Below, one piece after another: positions 37,515 through 49,500 of a DNA stretch of 64,000 nucleotides (position 1 is the stretch's first letter; each line of letters opens with the position of its first letter). Made by a program: the position numbers and the translations under genes. The stretch covers positions 1 to 64,000 of the forward strand of contig NW_026857847.1 of NCBI RefSeq assembly GCF_026571515.1, read 5' to 3'. This DNA comes from Ruditapes philippinarum. Lineage: Eukaryota. The notes beneath the pieces are model-generated. The model was not told the origin of the DNA, ran no database searches, and worked only from the letters and a program-made list of their open reading frames with translations.

Positions 37515-40500
37515 TTAGCCCTGGAATCGAACCTGGGTTAGCCTCAAGTCACCGTCAATGCGAAGAGTGTCGATCAGGTTCAGCTGACGTACTCGATGGT
37601 TAAACTCTAGTAGATGCTGATTATTCACCGCCACCTGAAAGCAGACATTGATATTTTTAAAGAAAAAACAAACAGACATCTTTTTTTTCAATATTGTGAT
37701 ACATAAAAATATTTTAGATTCTGTTTAATCATTATTTAAGCTCAGAATTCAGGAAAAGTTAAAAATAGCTTCTTTGAACCACATTCGAGTCCGCTTCCTG
37801 GAACTAAACCAGCACTTGAATCAACCGGGAAAACACGGCCGTGTTCCTAGTAGGGTTCGAAGCCAAAATCCATACTACCTTAATTAACAAAATTAACAAG
37901 AGCTGTCGGTATGACAGCACGCTCGACTATTCTAAGTCAATCTGATGTACCTTGTTACTATAAATAAGTATTGTAAGTTTCAATTGAATATCTCAAGCAA
38001 TAATTGAGATATTTGACTTTACAAAAAAACTTTAACCAAAATTTCTAAGTTGCAAAGGGGCATAATTCTGTCAATATTGTAGGCAGAGTTATCCAACTTG
38101 TCAATCTGATGTACCTTGTTACTATGAATAAGTATTGAAAGTTTCAATTGAATATCTCAAGTAATGATTGAGATATTTGACTTTACAAAAAACTTTAACC
38201 AAAATTTCTAAGTTAAAAAGGGGCATAATTCTGTCAATATTGTAGGCAGAGTTATCCAACTTGTCAATCTGATGTACCTTGTTACTATAAATAAGTATTG
38301 AAAGTTTCAATTGAATATCTCAAGTAATTATTGAGATATTTGACTTTACAAAAAACTTTAACCAACGCAGACGCCGACGCGGACGCTGACGCCGACGCCG
38401 ACGCCGGGGCGACAACAATAGCTCTCATATTCTTCGAATAGTCGAGCTAAAAATGAAATTAAAATAGATCAGAAAATATTCAAGTTGGTTACGGATTTTT
38501 AAATTGACTTGACCTTAAATAGATGGTAAAAATCTTGGTAGTTTCGGTTTCAAAAGCTTGTGTTATAATCATTTACTGAATTAAAATTAAGGACACTAAT
38601 TGCTTACAATCTACTTACATTACTTCTTACAAAATGGTGATGTTAAGTAAAGTAATAACAAAAGTTTTTCAACACAGTATTTTGAAAATTTCAAAAATAA
38701 TTGAAATAATAATGCACATAATTTTACATAGAAATTTCACCAATATAGAAAATACCCAGATTTGACCTAAAATTATTTAGTTATATCATTTCAAAGTAAC
38801 AATAGTCTTCTTTAAAAGAACAATTACAGAAAGGCTAAAGTTCATCATTTTGTAAAGCAATATGCGCAGCAAGAGCTTGTAACCAATAAAGTATAGTTTA
38901 ATATCAAATATTCATTTTGTCACACAGTTTACAGTATAAATTGTATAAATATAATGATTAACGCAAGAACTAAGAATTATACAGCTATATATTTAGATAT
39001 ATCAATGATAGTGTTATGCTAGTTTTATTCTACTTCTATTTGTTCTATTTAAGAAAAAGTAAAGGGAACTAAATATCTAAAAAAAAATGTGCATGCACAT
39101 ATTTAATTCATGCTATTAGAAAGGTTATTTTTAACATCAACAAAATAACATGATCTCAATTTTCATCGTCGTTTTAACAACTATGTTTACATTATATGCT
39201 CTACAAACTAAAATCTTGCATTAGTCCACGGTTCTCCCACGAAAACATCATTTCAAAATAAAAAAAAACAACTAATTCCATGCAAATACTTTAAGCTGTT
39301 AATATGCGTATTTATGCGTTCAATTGTCTTTTCATGCGTACTTATGCGTATTAAAAAGTTGTTAACTTATAAGGCTTTTAAAAATCAAAATTAAAAGAAA
39401 GAAAAAATATAACAAGAAGCAAGTAAGTTTGCATATGCAAGCTTATCAAGTTATATTTGTTACATTTTATGAACATGAATTTTCCCTTATAGATGTGATA
39501 GTAAAATTTCATACAAATGTTAAATGATCCGGTACCAAACGGTTCGAGATGAAGACCAAATGAAATTTGGGATAAGAGCACGGATATGTCGTGACATTAT
39601 TATTGATAGATCGTCTTTTTGCGTGACGTTGGTTTTAGCAGACAAAGCAAGACTCGGCATTGAATCAGGCAAAGCGTGACTAAGCCATGAAACGGAGAAA
39701 AATTAACTGCTTTGAATCAGACAAGGTGGTGTTTTGCTTTTAAAACAGACAAAGCGTAATTTTGCTTTGAAATATTCCCAACAAAGCGTGACTGACTTTG
39801 CTGTAAAACAAAGAGCGTGATTTTGCTTTGAAACAGAAAAAGCGTGACTTCTTTTAAAACAGACATAATTAATCAGCAGAAAGCAAAGGTGAACCCAAAA
39901 ATGTTAAAAAAAAACACACACACACACAGAATTGATCAAAAGAGTTGGGTATTTATATCCAAAGGGTGACGATTTGGAAAATCCAATATGTAATGCTGCA
40001 CATAAGATACATAAGCCATCGGACAAGAAGTCTTTATAGATTTTATTTTTTAAATTCATTTATAATTCTCCCGTGAACTACTTTATGCATCAAACCGGAA
40101 ATATTTATATATATCTTTCGGACACAAAAACCTAAGTGGTTTGTGTGGAGATGTTGCGAATACATGTTTTTGTTTCTTTCTTTCTGCCTTTTGTTTTATC
40201 TTTCGTGGGGGAATTGTTTGGTTATCTACCTTGTAGCAATGTGGCTCAATCAAAATGATCATCTCAAAGTTTCCATTTGGCATGAATGGGAAATGGGTCA
40301 CGTGCCTCTCTTCTTGACCCCAGTTCCCTTGTTTGTGATTCCTTACGACAACATTCCGGTCATTGCCGTAATTAAATCTAGCATCAAAGCACATTCCGAT
40401 ATGGTGAGGCTCGTGCTGACTTCCCTGCTGAAGGTACACTGTAAATCTGGAACAAAAATCTCGTGCATTCATTCCACGTTGTGTCGCTAATCATGCTATG

Positions 40501-43500
40501 AATTTGAAAACTTAAAATACAATCGATCAAAGGTTATGCAAGCACTAAACTACGCAATGTGAAGTAAAATGGATAGTTCCCGTTACAATCGCCTTTACGT
40601 CCAGTATATGCTCTGAGAAAATAAAAAATATCGTGTTCAAAAGAAGATATAAAATCAGGATCGGTCAAAAATCAGGATCAGAATTTTAAGATATCTTATT
40701 ATGGTTAATAAATTTCATCACAAATATCAATATAAATGGCAACTAAACATTTCACTACCGGACTGTCCACAATATCTTACTCTCATAAACATTGCATGAT
40801 ATATTTTTGAATATCAGAAAGTCAATGCTAGTCGTTAGACATCAAATATTGTTAACCAAGTTTCGGAAAAATGCCTCCGATTTTCCTAGGAAAACATATT
40901 AAAGCACTGCATAACTTTCACAATTCTGACTTTATAATTCTTAAAACACGAGGTCATTGAGACCCGTCTTTTAATAAAACAGAAAATGCAGAAGTTGACG
41001 ATTGGAATGCAGTAAACATCAAGCTGTGTCGATACCTATCTATTATCCGTCTCTCGATCAAGTGAGGCAATGAAATTCGGATGAACTCCAAGAGCAGAAC
41101 AGGATTTCAAAAGCGTTCTTTTATAAAAATTAACACGTATGTTCCTTTAAATGAATAAAATGGTTCTGGAAATCGCTTGATTTTTCAGTATTAATAAGTT
41201 TGACTATGCAATTTTTAAAACTATCGGCGACTGAAATTCCCGTTCTATTTCTCAAGATACCAACTAATGATGAAAAAAGCATAAATCATGTGTTGTATAC
41301 GCAACCATCACAAACCCGCAAAAAATCAGCATGTTCCAGAACTTTCCGTAAGCAATCCGTAAGCGACCAAGAGCTAAAGCGACCAAAATTAAAAATTTTT
41401 TATTCGCGATACATAATGGGTATGGACAGTTCTGATGTTAGCGGAATTCTTGCGAGCTATATATAAATAAAAAACATATGCATTGCAAACATGTGTTAGC
41501 AGGTAAACTCTGGTTATCTAAAACAAACAAGCAAGCACTGAGTGTCATTAAACATACGAACACGTGAACTCCGTGCAGATTTCATACTACCTTAAAACAG
41601 TATGGCTCGACAAGAACAATCGCTTCAAAATACATATTTGGTTGAAAGGGGAAATAACCGCAGGGCAGCGTTCTTTCTTCCGGACCCCAAGAATTCGTGA
41701 GTAGGCTGTTTCTGACGATTACATTTCTGTCATTTCCATAGTTAAAACGAACATCAAAGTGAAATGCAATGTCGCCATATCCGCATTGTAAGTTGATTGA
41801 GAACCTTTGACAAACATGCACATGCCAATATTAATTCGTTAAAATTCGGCATATTCCGTCACTTTCCGTGTACAATACATATTTAATAAACGGCTACATG
41901 ACTAGGAGCAACAGAAAAGAATCTTATCAACCAAACGCTTCTTACATAGAAATACAAATAGGAAAAGTGACGACAACGAACTGATTATAAATAAAGTACA
42001 GTGAAACCTCTACAAAGTAACACCCTTTCGGACACAAAGTTTTTGCAGGTGTAATTCTGCAGAGGGTAGATTTTTAGTAATTGATTACTTCGGGTAGAAT
42101 TGATACTGTTGCTATACAGAGGTTATCGGTCTATAGAAGGCTATTCTATACTGGTTATTCTGAATCTATATAAACTCGTATAAATCATACCGTGAAAAGA
42201 AACTTAAACTGAGAAAACCGTTAACTAAACATTATAATAAACAAGAGGGCCATGATGGCCCTGAAGTCGCTCACCTGTATATAGGCCCCCCCGGAGCATG
42301 GCCAGTTCAAACCCCAGGGCTTTTATTGGAACAAACTTGGTAGACACCCATTAGAAGATGTTTCATGCTAAACATCTAAGGTTTAGCTCGTTGGGTTTTT
42401 TAAAAGAAGATTGTTCAAGCTTTTCCTTTACACATATATTTAAAAACAATGACACCCCTGGGGCAGTTTTGACCCCAGGGCTTTTATTTGAACAATCTTT
42501 GTAGACACTTACTAGGAGATTTTTCATGCTTAATATCTAAACTCTAGCTATTCGGGTTTTTTCGAAGAAGATTTTTAAGTTTTTGCTATACACATATAAG
42601 GCAAATCAATGAGCCCCCCCCCCCCCGGGGCGGGGCCAATTTTGACCCCAGGGCTCTTATTTAAACAAACTTGGTAGACATCCATTAAAACGTGTTTCAT
42701 GCTAAATATCTTAGCTCTAGCTCTTTGGGTTCTTTAAAAGAAGATTTTTAAGTTTTTACTATATTCATATAGGGAAAATCAATGACCCCCTGGGGCGGGG
42801 CCAATTTTGACCCGAGGGCTCTTATTTGAACAAATTTTGGAGACATATATTAGAACATGCTTCATGCTAAATATCTTAGCTCTAGCTTTTTGGGTTCTTT
42901 AAAAGAAGATTTTTTAAGTTTTTACTATATACATATAGGGCAAATCAATGACCCCCTGGGGCGGGGCCAATTTTGACCCCAGGTCTTTTATTTGAATAAA
43001 CTTGGTAGACACTCACTAGAAGATGTTTCATGCCAAATATCTAAGCTCTAGCTCTTTTGGTTTTTTAGAAGAAGATATTTAAAGTTTTTTCTTTTGGTTG
43101 CCATGGCAACCAGTGTTCTGCATGGAATTAAATTCTTTGAACAATTTTCAAAGGTGACCACCAAAGGAACATTCCTGTGAAGTTTGGATGAAATTGGCCT
43201 AGTGGTTTATGAGGAGATGTCATTTAAAGTAAAAGTTTACGGACGACGGACGGACGGACGACAGGCGGACGCCGGACAAAAATCGATCACAAAAGCTCAC
43301 CCTGTCGTGACAGGTGAGCTAAAAATTGAACATCGCGACCGACGGTTTTCTATCTCACACATTGTATAATTGAACAATATTCCTTACACAGTTGGAATAA
43401 ACGTCATGTCTTCCAAATAAAATTCTGTTTTTGAGACTTCTGTGCAGTGCCTTTGTCATAAAATTATTTGCGAAAATCAGAAACCATATATTTGTACCCA

Positions 43501-46500
43501 GCCGTAGTTTGGTTTTTTACAGCCAAATATCTAAATGCCAATATTATAGTAAGATTTTGATTAAAAAATGAACTGTCAAGAACAAAAAATATCTTGTATT
43601 GGTTGTTCCTCGGCAACCTTAAAGTTTGTGCATGTTGATATGAAGTGTATTCGCGAATTTCCTATGTAAACTAGCTGTGTAAAACCTACACTAATAACAA
43701 ATGAACCGCGTCACGACAAAACCAACATATTGGGTTTGCAACCAGCATGGATTCAGACCAGCCTGCGCATCCGCGCAGTCTGATCAGGATCCATGCTGTT
43801 CGCTACCAGTTTCTCTACTTGTAATAGGGTTTGTAAGCGACAGCATAAATCCTTATCAGACTGCGCGGATGCGCAGGCTGGTCTGGATCCATGCTGGTCG
43901 CAAACGCATAACGTTGGTTTTGTCATGTTGGGGCTCAAATATATTCTATAAAGAAAGCTGCATCATGAATAATCCTATATGACCCGATGCAACGGCAGTA
44001 CCGCCACCATAATCTCCGTGTGCACCTGATGCATGGACTAAATTATTGTTCGCTTAAATCAAAACAGTTATCATATTCTCGTGAAAATTCGTCACTTTTC
44101 GTCAAGTTACGTAACATAATAAACTTTAATCCAAAGCTGAAAATAACGATGTTTACCGAATGTAGACGAAATACTGCTTAACGTTTATAATAATGAATAT
44201 CTAATCGTTATTGCCACTAAATGTTAGATTCATATTTGTAATAAGTAGTTCGTTAATGAAATTTCATTGAAAATCAAAATAAAGATATTTGAATAAAGTT
44301 ATTTTTCTTTATATTCAGGACAAAACAGATTCGATTAATTCGTTTTATGAAATTAAATTACATGATTTGTTATTTGATTTGTTATTAAAATATTTTGTAA
44401 TTAAAATGAAAATTGTGTCATGATTACTTTTTAAATAGATTTTTAGCTCATGATTTAAATGAAGTAACCACGTGATTTTTACCTGCTTGGATTTGGATGT
44501 GGCACTCCGCTGATGAAGATCATCTTGTTTGGATAGATGCCTCCCATACCCTGAACGAATGGTACCGGCTGCAAAATAAACAGAAAGGACATGTTAGAGA
44601 CGAAATTTCGAAAATTTTCAAAGAAACAACGAAATGGTATACAGTATTAAAGAAACAAAAACGGAATGACAAAATTCGAAAAAATGCAAAGAAACAACGT
44701 TACTGTATACACTTTTAAAAGGACAAATTTAATAAGAAGAATCTTATGCACTAACGTGTATATACGAGAGTATAGAACCAATGTGCCGCCAATAGAACAA
44801 CTATGAATCAAAATGATTTAACCTAAACTTTATGCAAATCAATATGATGATAATAACAGATGCAAAAACGAACTTCTTTCTTTGTAATGTCAAAAAAAGT
44901 AAATGCTGATTACTTACCGGGTTGAATATTGGGCCGCCCCCGGGGTATGGATAACTGGCCCCTCCAGATGGCGGGTAGCCACTACCTCCACCATGCTGAA
45001 ACAAAAATTAGGGATCTATCATATCAACAAATATGCGCGTTGCGTTGTCAAATGCCGCAACGACGCTAAATGTCACTTAATATGTCGCACTGTTAACGCT
45101 AAATATCGCAACCGCCGCTAATTGTCTCAAAGTGTTTTGCCGTTAAATGTGGCAATGATTACGTTAAATGTCGCATCACTTTCCCTTACCGTTAAATGTC
45201 GCAGCACCGGCGTTAAATGTCGCTTTTGTTTTTTGTTTGTTTCATTCTACGCCTTTTCCCAACAGTATTTCAGTCATATAGGCGGGCAGTTTCCTAACCA
45301 TAGTTCCTGGAGAGTAACACCAGTACTAGACTACCTTCCACCGCGCTAAACTACCAAAGCATCTCCCGGAGATCGAACCTCACTTCATTCGAATTTTTAT
45401 ATCACAGGTACCCTCTCATTTTTTAACACATAGGTACCGTCAAAGCACGACATATGCTTTTAGGTGCGTTAATCGCTAAGTATGTAATATTTACATAAAA
45501 GTAATAAATATTACATACATACTTAACGATAAACGCAAATAAAAGCATATGTCGTGCTTTGAGGGTACCTTTGTGTTCAAAAATGAGAGGGTACCTGTGA
45601 TATAAAAATTCAAATGAAGAGAAGTAGCCAGTGCAGCTGCAAAACCGAAAGTAGAGTGTTTTTATGAATTTTACATTTATTTTTGACAATATACTACCAT
45701 TTGTCCGAAGATGATATGAACATATTAAATATGTATGATGCATATATAATCACACAGGTTCATTTCAGCCCGAAAAATATGTCGTGGTGATGGGCGAGGC
45801 AAGACATGTCGGTTTGTGAAGTTGCAGTACATGAAAATCGGGCACATGACAAATCAGCACATAAATAAAACATCATAGTGTTCCGTGGTATACATCTTTT
45901 CTACGTGTCATACCTCTTTTCCTTATGACAGTGAAAATTTACTGGATTGTTATCCATTGCAGGTTTGTTTTTAGCAGAGAATGACCTGTGCATGTTCAAA
46001 GAGGGTACCGTTTGAGCAGATTTCGCAAGGAAAGTACCGCTATGGATATGCACCGTGTAATTTCATGTATACCAAATGGTATCAAGTCAATACTAGCGTC
46101 AAGTGGATGATCTGGTGAATGATCTGGTGACTAGCTATTTATAAAATAGGAAAGGTTTTGTTGTGATGTACAAAGTTATTGGTTGAAATTGAAGTCATCT
46201 GAGTTGGTATTATAAATTGACGACCATAATTTATATGCCAAAAGGCCTCTAACTGTAAGGCATCTTTGTATACGTTTTTCATAACAAATTAGATGTCGTG
46301 ATTTTTAACTACGACATCAGTTTGAGATTGATCTAACACACTACAGTTTCATAGACATAAAGGCAGATTGAAAACAGTATAATAGAATTTGCTTTACACC
46401 GCTGGAACCTAAAATGATTTTACCAGTATCAACATACATGTTGCCAGGCTTCATGTACATCTGTGCAGACTTAACCGGCCCTGTACTTATGGCTGACTAA

Positions 46501-49500
46501 CTTTCGAAATGTCTGCCTTTTACATCCAAGATTGATAGACAGTTAAGAAAGGAAACTTGAAAAGTGAATTTACAAATTCAGCAGGTAAGCAGATATTTCT
46601 AAACATGTACAGTCTTACCAGCGTCAAAATTTTCGGCTGGTCAAGTTTAATCTATTTTTCTTGCAACCCATCACATTATATTTTTATTTCTAAAAGAATA
46701 AGTCGAATATAAAAATTTATATGCGTACTAAGGCAAAATTGCTCCCAGGTTAATATTTGAATACAAAGTGTGAAATATAATTATAATACTTAATTAAAAT
46801 GTTTATGTTTTGCAATATTAAAATAATTCCGTAAAATGCAAAATGTAAAATGTAAAAAATGAAGAAAAAAAAACAACATGAAACTCAAAATTTTCCAAAA
46901 CATTTACTTTTTGAAAATTGCATAGCGGATTTTAAAGGACATAACCTGATTTCCCGCTTGGTTTGCATTACTTTTGCTGTATATAAACCAATTCAAGACT
47001 AAACCTTATTATCAGTAACAATAAGGTAATGGCATAAAAAGGACGGACAACAATTTGTCCCTTTCTCGTAAGAGAAGGAGGAATCCGATTATGCGTGTAT
47101 TGTTGTCGCACTGTCACTTTCCTTTCGTGTCATCGATGCATGTATATGGTCGCATGGTCGAAAATCTCTAAGAGAAACGACAACGTTTTCAAAGGTGTAT
47201 TGGAACGGAACCAGCTAGTGCAAAATCTTAATGTTCTAAAACAATATTGAAATCGTAAAAAAAAGTTTTAAAATCGATAAAAAAATATTTAGCTTGTTAG
47301 GAAAAAACTTCTGATTTCTTCGAAGTATTAAGAACATCTAATAAGAAGGTACACAGTACAAATTATGTTTTCATTTTATATTTAGGTTTTTTAAGCTGCT
47401 TGTAATTAAGATTTTATTTCTCAACTCCTAATAATATTTTAAATTCTACAAATGAAACATTAAATACTTCTTATTTAGATGAATGTGTTATTACTAACAA
47501 GTTTATATCCCCTAAAATTTGCTTGTACCTAGTAACAACAAATAGTATTAAGGATTTTTATCTCTCATATTTAGAAGAATGAGAGTCCTAATTAGGCTTT
47601 TACAGCTCTTAATGAAAAAGTCTGTATTAGGCATTTAAACTCCTAAACAAAAGTAACAAAATCCTAAATAGGATCTCGTAATTACGATTTCAAAAGATTT
47701 TTTAAGACCATTAAGATTTTGCATCAGACGGGTCCGTACCTCAACACCTTTAAAAACGTTGTCATTTTAATAAAAATTTTCGACCATGCGACCACATACA
47801 TGCATCGAGGACATGTTGTTAGGAAAGTGACCGTGCTACCACATACACGCATCACAGGATTCCCCTTCTCATTCGAGAAAAGGACAAAGAATTGTCCGCC
47901 CTTTGAAAAAGGGCAGACTTTAAAATATACCATATTCTTATCGTAATTGATAAGTTGGCTAAATTTAACAGATAATATATTGGTTTATATACGACAGTAG
48001 TAACGCAAACCAAGCGGGGTATCAGGTAACGTCCTTTTAAGTTCGCTTTGAAATATTAGTTAGAGCAGATTTAATTTTTTGGAAAATTTTGAGTTTACAG
48101 TTTTTTCGACTTTTCATTCTATGTTTATGGCAGAATTATTCTAATTTTGCAAAACATGAACGTTTCTAAAACGTTTTATATGCGTCAGATATTGGAGACA
48201 TACTTCACACTTGATTATTAACGGTTTAACCTGGAGGCATTTTTGCCAAATATACTACTTGTAATGGGAAAGGTAATGTTATGTATGTAACATACATAGG
48301 AAAGTGCTAAGCTCGGAAGTAGCATCTCGGGATGTTTCTGCAAAAAGAAATCGCCTAACAGCCTCGACATTTCTTAGCAGAAACATCCCCTCGATGTAGC
48401 CCCAGCCAGTGTTATATCCTCGTAACAAACTCGTTTCATATACTAGTACTATAACTATTACATAATATGCATTTAGATATTGGGATATTAAACGGTAGTG
48501 TTATGACATTTAACGGTAAAGGTAAATGGTGCGACATTTAACGGTAGTTTTGCGACATTTAACATTTAACGGTAGTTTTGCGACATTTAACGGCAAAATG
48601 TTCTGAGACATTTAGAGATGGTTGTGACATATAGCGTCAACAGTGCGACATTTAGCGGGAAGTACGGCATTTAGCATCGTTGCGACATAAACAGTGCCAC
48701 AATGCGTAAGATTAGTATTTTATACTTGCAGTTTTAGAAAATGAAAAATACTTAACGCCTTTTTACATAATAGGGTGCTTCCCTGTTTTGTCTTTCTTCT
48801 TCTTCCTCTTTTCGTTTTATATTTTCGTTCCGCTTAGTTTATCACTTTTGTTGCTAACTGTCATAGTAAAACTTTAAATCTTTGAAAGATTTGCTCATTA
48901 ATAACTTCAATAAATGAACAAGCCATTAAAGTGGCATGGGCAGAGTAAATTGAAATTTAAATTACTAAGTCGAAACGTTTAAACCAATTAATTCTTGCAT
49001 CATTTTATTCGGAATTCACGATGCAAAGCTTAGAAATAACAAATATGTACTGGCGTTAAGTATATTTCTCTATGAAGTATTGAAAAAGCCACATTTTACA
49101 GATATGAAATTTCTATAAAGCTAATGAAGATAATTCTTTGCCAGTGCTACCAGTAAAGAGCCGTGCCAGCCGGCACAACTGTGAAGTTTGAGATTCGTTT
49201 ACGTTCTTTACATTTTGTTTTAAGGAGCAACGGATATATTTGGAAATTCAAAGCCAGGCAAGTCAATATGCTAACGTGAAAAGCTAACATATCGAAGTTG
49301 AAGTTATTTTATGCAGATTCATTAGGGGAGGCAGGGGATCTAAAAAGGAGTAATTCTAAAGTTCAGTGTGGCCAAAATATTCCAAATACTTAAAAAACAT
49401 GTACACCCGCAGGAAACCAGTTGCAGATATGACATACATGTACATTGAAGAAAATTACAATCTGCATTGCTCAAAAATAAAAACTGACAACAATTTATGT

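Noticed and set aside
40447-41590. Hidden exons that would make gene A a three-CRD galectin
   Set aside because: No VxVN..H..F.HR-type or PxP..G..I.G-type exon was found on the minus strand in this interval by manual reading.
43701-43982. Overlapping sense and antisense ORFs with similar peptides
   Set aside because: Artefact of a palindromic MITE.
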